Assembly: GCA_944345365.1 (NCBI GenBank)
Contig: CALVMJ010000004.1
Span: 1,457 to 65,456, forward strand
Origin: an uncultured Clostridia bacterium
Lineage (GTDB): Bacteria > Bacillota > Clostridia > Christensenellales > UBA1242
Reading direction: 5' to 3'
Length of the DNA stretch: 64,000 bases
The first letter of the stretch is position 1, and the number at the start of each line of letters is the position of its first letter. The notes beneath the pieces were generated by a model that made no database searches, had not been told where the DNA came from, and was given only the letters and a program-made list of their open reading frames with translations. A program made the translations under genes and the position numbers. Positions 47,783 to 56,841 of this stretch are shown here, piece by piece.

Positions 47783-50700
47783 TTATTTTTTTGAAATATA
47801 AACTGTTACCTTTGCGTTTAAGTCGAGTTCCTCGCTAAAATCTCCAATATTTCCTCTTTTAAACTCAACAGCCAAAACATCTTGCGATATTGATTCTTTG
47901 AATTTTAACAAAGTGTCAACAATTTCATTATCTCCATCTAATTCTATTCTTATTCTGTCCGTAACTTCAAAATTAGATGATTTTCTAAGGCCTTGAACCT
48001 TTGAAACAAACTCTCTTACAAGCCCTTCATCTATTAACTCTTTTGTCAAATGAGCATCAAATACAACAGCAAGCCCACCTTCGCTTGCAGAAGCAAATCC
48101 CTCTTTTTGCAAAACATTTATCAGTAGATCGTCTTCTGATAATTCCACTCTTTCTTCACCAACAATGAATGAGTATTTTTCTCCTGCCCTCACTTTTGCT
48201 ACAACTTCATTTGCGTTACAACTTTCTAAATTACTTCTTATTGCTCCAAGAAGTTTTCCATACTTAGGGCCAAGGGTTTTAAGCTGAGGTTTGAGCGAAT
48301 AATCAATAAACTTTGAAAGGTCAGAGTTTTGCTCTACTTCTTTAACATTAAGCTCCTCTTTCAAAATTTTAATAAAATCCTCATTTAAACTAGTCTTATT
48401 CTGAGCATCAGTTAGGTAAAGTTTTTGAAGAGGTTGCCTTATTTTTAAGTTAAATGAATTTCTTGCACTCCTTCCAAGTTCGGTGTAAGCATAAGTCAAA
48501 TTCATATCCTCTGACAATTTCTTGTCAATAAAATTATCTTTTGCTTTTGGATAAGACTCTAAATGTACACTTAGTTTTGCATCATTAAAGAAAGGTCTAA
48601 CAAGGTTTTGATAAAGAGTTTCCGACATAAAAGGAGTGAATGGAGCAGAGAGTTTTGCAAATTCGGTTAAAACTGTCCAAAGAGTCATATATGCCGACTT
48701 TTTGTCTTCAGTGAATCCTCCAACCCAGAATCTTTTTCTACATCTTCTAATGTACCAGTTAGAAAGCGTGTCAACAAACTTTTGCATAAGCCTGCTTGAA
48801 TCAGTGCAATTAAAAGCGTCAAGATACTCGGTAACATTTTTAACAAGCATATTAAACTCACTTAAAATCCACTTGTCCATAACAGATAACTTGCAGTCTT
48901 CAAGTTTAAACTGACTTGGATTGAATTTGTCAATATCTGCATAAAGAACAAAGAAGGCATAAGTATTCCAAAGCGTTCCAAAATAGTTTTTAATTGTATC
49001 TTTTGCTGTTGCAACCGTCATAACTTGATTATTCCACGGCTGAGTCCCGCTGTAAAATGACCACCTCACAGGATCGGCACCAGCTTCGGTAATAATTTCC
49101 ATCGGAGGTCTGTAATTTTTTAGACTTTTTGAAAGTTTAATGCCCTTTTCATCCACAAGCATTCCGTTTACCAAGCAATTCTTAAAAGGGGCTTTCCCAA
49201 AGAGAGCTGTACCAAGAACTTGCAAAGTGTAGAACCAGCCACGGCATTGATCAGCTCCTTCTCCTATATAATCAGCAGGGAAAGTTTTCTCAAACTTCTC
49301 TTTATTTTCAAAAGGATAATGGTGCTGTGCAAAAGGCATAGATCCACTATCATACCAGCAATCAATTACATATGGCTCCCTTTTCATCATTTTCCCACAT
49401 ACAGGACACTTAATTTTAACCTCATCAACATAAGGTTTGTGAAGCTCTATATCCTTGTCAAGTTCTCCAAGGTTTCTAAGTTCCTCCTTACTCCCCACAA
49501 CATGATAATGGCCACATTCACACATCCAAACAGGAAGTGGAGTTCCCCAATATCTATCTCTGCTCAAATTCCAATCGACAAGATTTTCCAGCCAATTCCC
49601 CATTCTTCCATTTTTTATTGTAGGAGGAAGCCAATTTATGGTTTGGTTGTTTTTTATTAACTCTTCCTGAATTTTTGTAGTTTTAACAAACCAAGCTTCT
49701 CTTGCAAAATAGATTAAAGGAGACGAACATCTCCAACAATGAGGATATTCGTGAACATATTTCTCCTCTTTAAAAATTTTTCCTTCTTCAAATAGGTCTT
49801 TTGCTATTAGGTCGTTGTTTTCAAAAACATTAAGGTCGGCATATTTCCCACAATCGCTTGTAAACTTTGCAAACTTGTCTGTCATTTGCAAAAATGGTAA
49901 GTCATATTTTTTCCCAACCTTGCTGTCATCTTCACCATAGGCAGGAGCGATGTGAACAATCCCTGTTCCGTCTGTCAAAGTAACGTAATCATCACAAGTG
50001 ACAAAATATGCTCTATTTTTAACATCTTCACTTGCAAAGTCAAAAAGTGGAAGATATTTTACATATTCCAAATCCTTTCCCTTATATTCCTGAATTATTT
50101 GATATTCATCTTGCTTAAAATGAGTTTCTACAAGCGCCTTTGCCAATATATATTTTTCATCTTTTACACTAATTTTAACATATTCTTCATTTGGATTAAC
50201 ACACAATGCGACATTAGATGGAAGTGTCCAAGGCGTTGTTGTCCAGGCAAGAAAATAAGTGTCTTTTTCATTTAGGAGTTGAAACTTTGCCACAACAGTT
50301 GTATCTTTTTTTTGCTTATAACCCTGAGCCAATTCGTGACTGGAAAGGCTTGTTCCACAGCTTGGACAGCACGGCATAACCTTATAACCTTTATACAAAA
50401 GGCCTTTTTTGTCAAGTTCTTTAAGGCTCCACCAAACGCTTTCGATATAGTCGTCGTGATATGTAACATACACATCGTTTTCCATATCGACATTATAAGC
50501 TATTCTATCCGAAAAAGTTTTCCAAAAATCAACATATTTCCAAACGTCTTTTTTGCACTCTTCAATAAACTTTTCAAGTCCATATGCCTCGATTTCTTGT
50601 TTCCCGCTTATTCCAATGGTTTTTTCAACCGAAATTTCAACAGGCAATCCGTGAGTATCCCAGCCCCCCTTTCTTGGGACAAAATAACCCTGCATAGCTT

Positions 50701-50911
50701 TGTATCTTGTAAAAACATCTTTTAGCGACCTTGTTAAAACGTGTCCAGCATGGGGCTCGCCGTTTGCAGTTGGAGGTCCTTCATAAAAAGAAAAAATCTT
50801 ATTTCCCCTGTTGTTTTCAAGACATTTTTGCTTAACATCATTGTTCTTCCAAAACTCCAAAACTTTTTCTTCGTTTTTGGGTAAATTTAGTTCTTCAACC
50901 TTGTTATACAT
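47783..50911 (-). CDS. ileS: isoleucyl-tRNA synthetase (type 2, 1042 aa)
   Basis: HIGH region PTANGEPHAGH, KMSKS variant KLSKSL, and a CP1 editing domain. The length fits the type-2 clade. Confidence 0.95.
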   Translation of the reverse strand: MYNKVEELNLPKNEEKVLEFWKNNDVKQKCLENNRGNKIFSFYEGPPTANGEPHAGHVLTRSLKDVFTRYKAMQGYFVPRKGGWDTHGLPVEISVEKTIGISGKQEIEAYGLEKFIEECKKDVWKYVDFWKTFSDRIAYNVDMENDVYVTYHDDYIESVWWSLKELDKKGLLYKGYKVMPCCPSCGTSLSSHELAQGYKQKKDTTVVAKFQLLNEKDTYFLAWTTTPWTLPSNVALCVNPNEEYVKISVKDEKYILAKALVETHFKQDEYQIIQEYKGKDLEYVKYLPLFDFASEDVKNRAYFVTCDDYVTLTDGTGIVHIAPAYGEDDSKVGKKYDLPFLQMTDKFAKFTSDCGKYADLNVFENNDLIAKDLFEEGKIFKEEKYVHEYPHCWRCSSPLIYFAREAWFVKTTKIQEELIKNNQTINWLPPTIKNGRMGNWLENLVDWNLSRDRYWGTPLPVWMCECGHYHVVGSKEELRNLGELDKDIELHKPYVDEVKIKCPVCGKMMKREPYVIDCWYDSGSMPFAQHHYPFENKEKFEKTFPADYIGEGADQCRGWFYTLQVLGTALFGKAPFKNCLVNGMLVDEKGIKLSKSLKNYRPPMEIITEAGADPVRWSFYSGTQPWNNQVMTVATAKDTIKNYFGTLWNTYAFFVLYADIDKFNPSQFKLEDCKLSVMDKWILSEFNMLVKNVTEYLDAFNCTDSSRLMQKFVDTLSNWYIRRCRKRFWVGGFTEDKKSAYMTLWTVLTEFAKLSAPFTPFMSETLYQNLVRPFFNDAKLSVHLESYPKAKDNFIDKKLSEDMNLTYAYTELGRSARNSFNLKIRQPLQKLYLTDAQNKTSLNEDFIKILKEELNVKEVEQNSDLSKFIDYSLKPQLKTLGPKYGKLLGAIRSNLESCNANEVVAKVRAGEKYSFIVGEERVELSEDDLLINVLQKEGFASASEGGLAVVFDAHLTKELIDEGLVREFVSKVQGLRKSSNFEVTDRIRIELDGDNEIVDTLLKFKESISQDVLAVEFKRGNIGDFSEELDLNAKVTVYISKK

Positions 50912-50928
50912 TTTCTTTCTCCTTTAAA

Positions 50929-51204
50929 TAAAAAATTCCTTAGCAAAAACAAGATTTCGCCAAGGAAATTAACCACTTGTAATTGCTTTGTGCCACCACA
51001 CAATCTTTCTGTAACGGGAAATCCCGGCGACATCTAATAACTTATTTTAATAAGCTTTCAATTAGCAACTCCGAAGGTGATAATTTATTTTTTTGATAAG
51101 CTGTTTTGCACCAACCAACAGTTCTCTGATTATCTCAAAAAAAATCTTGTCCTTCATCACAGTTTTTATGAGTTAATTTTATTACTTAAAATTTTTTTTG
51201 TCAA
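50929..51204 (-). promoter_or_regulatory. Ile T-box leader with its promoter and terminator
   Basis: Reading the minus strand in order:
- Promoter TTGACA (51199-51204), 17-nt spacer, TAAAAT (51176-51181).
- Stem I AGAGA (51124-51128).
- Specifier ATC followed by A (51079-51081).
- T-box core ..TGTGGTGGCACA.. (around 50988-51000).
- Terminator TTCCTTGGC...GCTAAGGAATTTTTT (50929-50969). Confidence 0.8.
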
Positions 51205-51221
51205 GTTTTTTTTACAATTTT

Positions 51222-51941
51222 TTATTGATCTAGAATTGCGTTCATAGAAATCACATCACCAGTAGTAACAATTCCTAATGGAATTTCAGTTTCTTCACCA
51301 TTATGAGTTATAAGAATTGCCAAGAGTTTTGGATTTTTGTGATACTCTTCAAGTGCTTCTTCTATTGTAAGCGTAATAGGCTTAACTAAATAATAATCAG
51401 AGTTTTGGATTTTTGAAAGCATATCTTCAATTTTAACATTTTCTAGGAAGACCTTTGCTTTGCCACCACTCTCCAAAAAAGTACCGAAAGCATCAATTAT
51501 TTTCTGTCCATTGGCAATTCCAATAAGTTTATTATCCTTGTAAACCGGCAAATTACTGTAATGTGACCTTGCAATAAGACGAATAACTTCTTCCATAGAC
51601 TTTGAAGCGTCCACACTGAGCACATCTCTTCTTCCAACGCTGTCGATAACCCTTTTTGGTTTGTTAATTAAGCTTTCGATTTTTTCAAACTTTTCAACAA
51701 CTTCTTCGTGAGGTTCAGCTATAATAATTTCTTCTCTTGAATTATGTATAATTGCATTTCTCAGCCTTCCATAATCAATCAAATCATCTTCATATTTTCT
51801 GACAATGTAGTTTAGCGGAACGGTCCTTCGAATAAGCTCCGAAAAACCCATACTTCGATTAAAATTGTATTTTGTTCTCAAAGAATAATCAACCTTGTTA
51901 AAACAATCTATAAATCTCTCTGCCCTAGATTTCTCTTCCAT
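51222..51941 (-). CDS. HEPN-like (Rx4H) N-terminal domain fused to a CBS pair
   Basis: Start trimmed to ATG 51941 after GAGGTGA. The N-terminal roughly 100 aa are helical and contain GRLRNAIIHN (R-x4-H at 51744-51761). The C-terminal part has two CBS motifs (..SNLPVYKDNKLIGI.., ..LAILITHNGEETEIPLGIVTTGDV..). Confidence 0.6.
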   Translation of the reverse strand: MEEKSRAERFIDCFNKVDYSLRTKYNFNRSMGFSELIRRTVPLNYIVRKYEDDLIDYGRLRNAIIHNSREEIIIAEPHEEVVEKFEKIESLINKPKRVIDSVGRRDVLSVDASKSMEEVIRLIARSHYSNLPVYKDNKLIGIANGQKIIDAFGTFLESGGKAKVFLENVKIEDMLSKIQNSDYYLVKPITLTIEEALEEYHKNPKLLAILITHNGEETEIPLGIVTTGDVISMNAILDQ

Positions 51942-52030
51942 AATCACCTCTGTAACAAAGATATTATACACTAAAAACAAGAAAAAAGAAAAATGATTTT
52001 TAAATAAATTAAAATAATAACATAAAAAAC

Positions 52031-52059
52031 TTGCAATTTAAATGTAAATTAAATATAAT
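52031..52059 (+). promoter_or_regulatory. sigma-A promoter for SRP RNA
   Basis: TTGCAA, a 17-nt spacer, then TATAAT, ending 6 nt before the RNA 5' stem. Confidence 0.65.
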
Positions 52060-52064
52060 AATAT

Positions 52065-52336
52065 AACCGAGCTAGATGGGGAGTTAGCGGTGCCCTGTAA
52101 CTTGCAACCCGCTATAGCAAGATTGAAAAATCTACCTCGGCATTAAAGGGTTAAATATGAGTGTGATTTAAGTTATGATGAAATCAAGGTCTTATGCAAC
52201 TATCAACTCTGAACCATGTCAGGTCCTGACGGAAGCATCATTAAGGAGACCTGTTAGTGTGCCATAAGGAAGCTTTGGTGGAGTAACTTAATTGCAAGGC
52301 AGTTGGTCCTTTATTGACAAAGTAGATTGCTCGGTT
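52065..52336 (+). ncRNA. ffs: signal recognition particle RNA, long Bacillus/Clostridium type with Alu domain
   Basis: Domain IV core GTCAGGTCCTGACGGAAGCATCA (compare E. coli GUCAGGUCCGGAAGGAAGCAGC). The 5' Alu-domain motifs are GGTGCCCTGTAAC. The termini pair (AACCGAGC at the 5' end with GCTCGGTT at the 3' end). A terminator follows. Confidence 0.85.
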
Positions 52337-52339
52337 ATG

Positions 52340-52368
52340 AAAAAAGTGAGGTAATTCCTCACTTTTTT
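52340..52368. terminator. bidirectional terminator (ffs and ytxH-like gene)
   Basis: AAAAAAGTGAGG-TAATT-CCTCACTTTTTT. Confidence 0.8.
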
Positions 52369-52585
52369 ATTTTAATTTTTTTGTAATTTTCTTTGCAACT
52401 TCATTGACTTTTTCTTCAACTTTTTCCATGCCCTTCTCTGCTTGCTTTTCCATCTTTTCGGCCTTCTTCATCAAAGTTTTTTCCGTTTGGTCGACAATCT
52501 TTTTTGCTCCATCGCAATATTTATAAAGCATTATTCCCGCGATCATTCCAACTCCGACACCAGCCAACATATAAATCTCTTTCAT
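52367..52585 (-). CDS. YtxH-domain small protein
   Basis: N-terminal TM segment (AGVGVGMIAGIML) followed by a Lys/Glu-rich helix. Confidence 0.6.
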   Translation of the reverse strand: MKEIYMLAGVGVGMIAGIMLYKYCDGAKKIVDQTEKTLMKKAEKMEKQAEKGMEKVEEKVNEVAKKITKKLK

Positions 52586-52769
52586 TTTGCCCTCCTGTTT
52601 ATAGTTTGCACGAATTTATAATTGTTATTCAAAAAATAAATTATAATATGAATTAAGTAACAACATTTTTTAGTAAAAAGCAAAAGCTAAATCCCTTGAA
52701 AAATAAAAATAAAAAAATTACAGACAAAAATGCCCGTAATTTCTAAAAACTCAGTATATACTGCCTTTT

Positions 52770-53159
52770 TTATTTCTTATCTTTTTTCTTTTTCTTCTTT
52801 AAATAGTCATTTACAGCTGACTCAATAGCCTCTTCAGCTAAAACAGAGCAATGAATTTTATGAGGTGGAAGTTCCCCTAAAACATCAACTACTTGCTTAT
52901 TTGTAACTTTAAGAGCATCATCTATTGTCTTCCCTTTAATTAAATCACAAGCGACATCTGTTGAAGCAATAGCAGCAGCACAACCAAATGTTTTAAAACT
53001 GGCATTTTCAATAACACCTGTTTCTTCGTTAATTTTTAAATATAACTTCATAATATCCCCACAAGCAGGATTGCCAACAGTTCCGGTTGCGTTTGCTCCC
53101 TTTATTGATCCTGCATTTTTAGGATTTTCGAATCTTGAAATAACTTTTTTAGTATACAC
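52770..53159 (-). CDS. iscU: Fe-S cluster assembly scaffold IscU/NifU-type
   Basis: NPACGD, FKTFGCAAAIAS and HCSVLA Cys motifs. Confidence 0.9.
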   Translation of the reverse strand: MYTKKVISRFENPKNAGSIKGANATGTVGNPACGDIMKLYLKINEETGVIENASFKTFGCAAAIASTDVACDLIKGKTIDDALKVTNKQVVDVLGELPPHKIHCSVLAEEAIESAVNDYLKKKKKKDKK

Positions 53160-53168
53160 ATTAACCTC

Positions 53169-54338
53169 CTACTTTTTCTTCTTCAAAGGAGAAATTCCTC
53201 TAAGTTTTTCGACAACTTCAACAAGTTTTTCAATAGTATAATCTACATCGTTTTTTGAGATATCTTTCCCAAATGAAAACCTTATTGTCCCATGAGCAAT
53301 TTCGTCAGGAATACCCATAGCTTTAAGAACGTGAGATGGTTCTAAACTCATTGAGGTGCAAGCAGACGCAGTTGAGACAGCAATGCCTGCAAGATCTAAA
53401 AGCATTAAAATTGACTCACCTTCTATCATTTCAAAAGTAACGCTGACCGTTCCATTAATTTTCTGATGAGGGTGTCCGTTGATATGAATATAGTCAATTT
53501 TACTTTTTAATTCCTTAATAAAATACTCACGAATAACTTTAAGTTTTTGCTGATTAGCAATAATATCTCTCGAAGCAATTTCAATAGCTTTACCAAAACC
53601 TGCTATTGCAGGAACATTTAATGTTCCGCCTCTCTTTGCCCTTTCCTGAGCTCCACCGTTAACAAGATTTTCTATTCTTATTCCACTTTTTAAGTAAAGA
53701 GCGCCACAGCCTTTTGGTCCATAAATCTTATGTGCCGACATAGACATTGCGTCAATTTCCATATCTTGGACATTTATTTTAACTGCCCCAATTGCTTGCA
53801 CAGCATCGGTATGAAAGATAATTCCATTTTCATGAGCAGTTTTTGCAATAGCTTTAATATTTTGAATTGTTCCAACTTCATTATTAACAGCCATAATTGA
53901 AATCAAAATTGTATCCTTCCTAATAGCATGTATTAATTCAGCAAGGTCAACCATCCCATATTTATCAACTGGGAGATAGGTAACTTCAAACCCCTCTTTC
54001 TCCAAAGCTTTACACGAATCTAAAACAGCATGATGCTCAATCGAACTTGTGATTATATGCTTCCCTTTATTGCTATAAGCCCTTGCAATTCCCTTTAAAG
54101 CCCAGTTATCAGCCTCAGTCCCACCAGAAGTAAAGTAAATTTCGTTCGCAGTTTTTGCATTGATTGCTTTGGCAACTCTATCCCTTGCTTTATCAACAAT
54201 TGCCATTGCATCTCTGCCAAAACTATGAAGACTATTTGGGTTTCCATACACACCATTAAGGCAAGGCAACATCTCTGCCAATACTTCACTTGAAACATAA
54301 GTTGTAGCAGCATTATCTAAATAAACTTTTCTTTCCAT
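53169..54338 (-). CDS. iscS: cysteine desulfurase NifS/IscS
   Basis: YLDNAATT start, SAHKIYGPKG (PLP lysine), and SASACTS (active-site Cys loop). Start trimmed to ATG 54338. Confidence 0.9.
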   Translation of the reverse strand: MERKVYLDNAATTYVSSEVLAEMLPCLNGVYGNPNSLHSFGRDAMAIVDKARDRVAKAINAKTANEIYFTSGGTEADNWALKGIARAYSNKGKHIITSSIEHHAVLDSCKALEKEGFEVTYLPVDKYGMVDLAELIHAIRKDTILISIMAVNNEVGTIQNIKAIAKTAHENGIIFHTDAVQAIGAVKINVQDMEIDAMSMSAHKIYGPKGCGALYLKSGIRIENLVNGGAQERAKRGGTLNVPAIAGFGKAIEIASRDIIANQQKLKVIREYFIKELKSKIDYIHINGHPHQKINGTVSVTFEMIEGESILMLLDLAGIAVSTASACTSMSLEPSHVLKAMGIPDEIAHGTIRFSFGKDISKNDVDYTIEKLVEVVEKLRGISPLKKKK

Positions 54339-54385
54339 AAATTTTCCTTTTTTTATAAAACGATTAATATCCAACAGCCATAGAG

Positions 54386-54414
54386 ATTATAACACCCCCC
54401 ATAAATTTTGTCAA
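54386..54414 (-). promoter_or_regulatory. consensus sigma-A promoter for iscS-iscU
   Basis: Minus strand reads TTGACA, a 17-nt spacer, then (TGt)TATAAT. Confidence 0.65.
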
Positions 54415-54422
54415 CTTTTAAC

Positions 54423-54451
54423 AAAAAAATCATAACGCCTGTTATGATTTT
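54423..54451 (-). terminator. terminator after the GT32 gene
   Basis: AATCATAAC-AGGC-GTTATGATTTTTTT on the minus strand. Confidence 0.7.
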
Positions 54452-54477
54452 CAAATTTATTTAAAGATCACATACTA

Positions 54478-55269
54478 CTAATTTACTTTATTAAATAAGT
54501 AAGCCAAATTCTTCATGTCTTTTTTTGCTTTTTGTTTTTGGTATCTTTTAACAATAACAGAGAAAATTTTATTTCCTAAGCATTTATTTAATGCTTTAAT
54601 GACTTTATCTAATTTCTTCATGCCCGATGAAAGCCATGATCCATTAAAATGATGAATAGCGTGAGTATTTTCAGTCGAGAGTATTTTTTCGGTTACATAA
54701 TCTTTTGGGCAAAACCAGTCGTTTGTATAAACAACAATTCCATCGTTTAGTTCTTGATAAGTATTATTTAATTTAACTTTATAAAAATGCCTAGTAATTA
54801 CAGACATATAAGATACATTAGTTGTAAGATTAAAGTTTCCTTTTTCATCAAGAAATGTAATATGGTCATAAACATTTAAAAGTCTCTTAATCCAAGGATG
54901 ATGTGGTTCTGCCCCCATTACAGCAGTAGGCATCCAAACAGTATTTTCAAATCCTGTAAAAGCCCTATGCTTTAAAAACTCATCCATTGGTTTTACTATT
55001 TCAACATCAGTATCAACATAAATACCGCCATAATCATATAAAACTTTTAGTCTTATATAATCCGAAACAAATGCATATTTTTTGTTTTCATAAGCCTGTT
55101 TTAAATATAAATTTTGATTCATGTCAAAGTTTTTCTCGTTCCATTCTTTTATTTCATAATCAGGGCAATATTTTTTCCAACTTTCTATACATCTATTAAT
55201 TAATTCATTTTTTTTGCCTCCACCAACCCATATAAAATGAATAATTTTAGGAATTTTCATCTCATTCAT
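54478..55269 (-). CDS. glycosyltransferase family 32 (DXD sugar-binding region)
   Basis: IPKIIHFIWVGG start, SDYIRLKVLYDYGGIYVDTDVE (DXD), and HH..GSW. Confidence 0.75.
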   Translation of the reverse strand: MNEMKIPKIIHFIWVGGGKKNELINRCIESWKKYCPDYEIKEWNEKNFDMNQNLYLKQAYENKKYAFVSDYIRLKVLYDYGGIYVDTDVEIVKPMDEFLKHRAFTGFENTVWMPTAVMGAEPHHPWIKRLLNVYDHITFLDEKGNFNLTTNVSYMSVITRHFYKVKLNNTYQELNDGIVVYTNDWFCPKDYVTEKILSTENTHAIHHFNGSWLSSGMKKLDKVIKALNKCLGNKIFSVIVKRYQKQKAKKDMKNLAYLFNKVN

Positions 55270-56370
55270 TTAAAGTCTCTCCTCTAAAATTTTTGATATT
55301 TTTTTACATGCAAATCCATCTCCATATGGATTTGAAGCCTTTTGCATTTTTAAGTATTTTTTCTTTTTAATAAGTAAATCCTTAAACTCGTTATATATTT
55401 TTTCTTCCTCTGTGCCTACCAGTTTTAATGTACCTGCCTTTATTCCTTCTGGTCTTTCCGTTGTATCTCTCATAACTAAAACAGGTATTCCCAAGCTTGG
55501 TGCTTCTTCCTGAATTCCTCCACTGTCAGTTAAAATTAAATAAGCTCTTGACATAAAATTATGAAAGTCCACAACCTCTAATGGCTCAATTAATTTTACT
55601 CTATCACATCCCTTAAAAATTTTGTTTGCAGTATCCCTTACAACAGGATTCATATGTATTGGATAAACAACCTTAATGTTATTAAATTCATCAACAATCT
55701 TTTTGATAGCCCTAAACATATTTTCCATAGGCTTTCCTAAATTTTCTCTTCTATGAGCTGTTAATAAAATTAATTTATCATTTCCAAGCCACTTAAATAT
55801 ATCATTTTTATAATCTTTTTTTACAGTTGTTTTTAAGGCATCAATGGCTGTATTTCCAGTAACAAATATGGATGAATCAGGTTTACCTTCTTTTAAAAGA
55901 TTTTTTCTTGCATTTTCTGTTGGAGCAAAATTGTAATCAGCTACAATACTAACCACTTGTCTGTTAAATTCTTCTGGGAATGGAGAATGAAGGTTATATG
56001 TTCTAAGGCCAGCTTCCACATGTCCAATTTTTATATTCATATAAAAACATAATAAAGATACAGCGAATGTTGTTGTAGTATCTCCATGCACTAACACTAT
56101 GTCAGGTTTTTCTTTTTGTAAAATATTTTTTAATTCGCCCCCTAAAATTGCAGTTGTGACATCAGCCAATGTTTGCTTTTCTTTCATTATTTTGAGATCA
56201 TAATCCGGCTTAACCTTAAATGCTGACAAGACCTGTTGTAGCATCTCTTTATGTTGTCCAGTAACACAAACCTTAGTTTTGAAATATTTATTCGTTTTAA
56301 GTTCTTTTACCAATGGGCACATTTTTATCGCCTCCGGCCTAGTGCCAAAAACTAACATTACTTTTTTCAT
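55270..56370 (-). CDS. wecB: UDP-N-acetylglucosamine 2-epimerase (non-hydrolysing)
   Basis: FGTRPEAIKMCPL, VHGDTTT, TDSGGIQEEAPSLG and RDTTERPEG blocks. Confidence 0.9.
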   Translation of the reverse strand: MKKVMLVFGTRPEAIKMCPLVKELKTNKYFKTKVCVTGQHKEMLQQVLSAFKVKPDYDLKIMKEKQTLADVTTAILGGELKNILQKEKPDIVLVHGDTTTTFAVSLLCFYMNIKIGHVEAGLRTYNLHSPFPEEFNRQVVSIVADYNFAPTENARKNLLKEGKPDSSIFVTGNTAIDALKTTVKKDYKNDIFKWLGNDKLILLTAHRRENLGKPMENMFRAIKKIVDEFNNIKVVYPIHMNPVVRDTANKIFKGCDRVKLIEPLEVVDFHNFMSRAYLILTDSGGIQEEAPSLGIPVLVMRDTTERPEGIKAGTLKLVGTEEEKIYNEFKDLLIKKKKYLKMQKASNPYGDGFACKKISKILEERL

Positions 56371-56426
56371 TTTACACTCCTTTTTATATTATAGCATTTT
56401 ATCAAATGTTTTCAAAGCGATTAAAT

Positions 56427-56451
56427 AAAAAAATGGGCATCCCCATTTTTT
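56427..56451 (-). terminator. trxA terminator
   Basis: AAAAAATGGGGATGCCCATTTTTTT on the minus strand. Confidence 0.7.
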
Positions 56452-56461
56452 ATTTTATTCA

Positions 56462-56770
56462 CTATAAATAATTCGAGATCAAAGCGACAAGTCTTTCTTT
56501 TGGAACAAATCCAATTTGTTTGTGAACCTGTTTTCCATCTTTAAAAACTACTATTGTTGGAATTGACATAACTCCAAACTGTCTTGCAAGGTTTTGACTT
56601 TGGTCAACATCAACCTTTAAGATTTTAGCTTTCCCATTAAGTTCTTTGTCAACTTCCTCCAAAACTGCCCCCATCATCCTGCAAGGACCACACCATGAAG
56701 CGAAGAAATCGACAACAACAACTCCCTCATTGATCTCTCTTAAAAATTCGCTTTCATTAATAATTTTCAT
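56462..56770 (-). CDS. trxA: thioredoxin
   Basis: WCGPC active site. Start trimmed to ATG 56770 after AGGAGGA. Confidence 0.9.
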   Translation of the reverse strand: MKIINESEFLREINEGVVVVDFFASWCGPCRMMGAVLEEVDKELNGKAKILKVDVDQSQNLARQFGVMSIPTIVVFKDGKQVHKQIGFVPKERLVALISNYL

Positions 56771-56841
56771 AAATCCTCCTTTTTTTATTATAATATTTAG
56801 CAAATATGTTTATACATTTTTGTATATGTTTTTCTGACTTT

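Noticed and set aside
51139-51153. 15-mer AAAAAATCTTGTCCT shared between the tRNA-Thr terminator (2397-2411) and the ileS T-box leader.
   Set aside because: Only one terminator half is present in the leader, with no complementary arm nearby. It is A/T-rich and short, so it is probably coincidence. I could not compute a background expectation.
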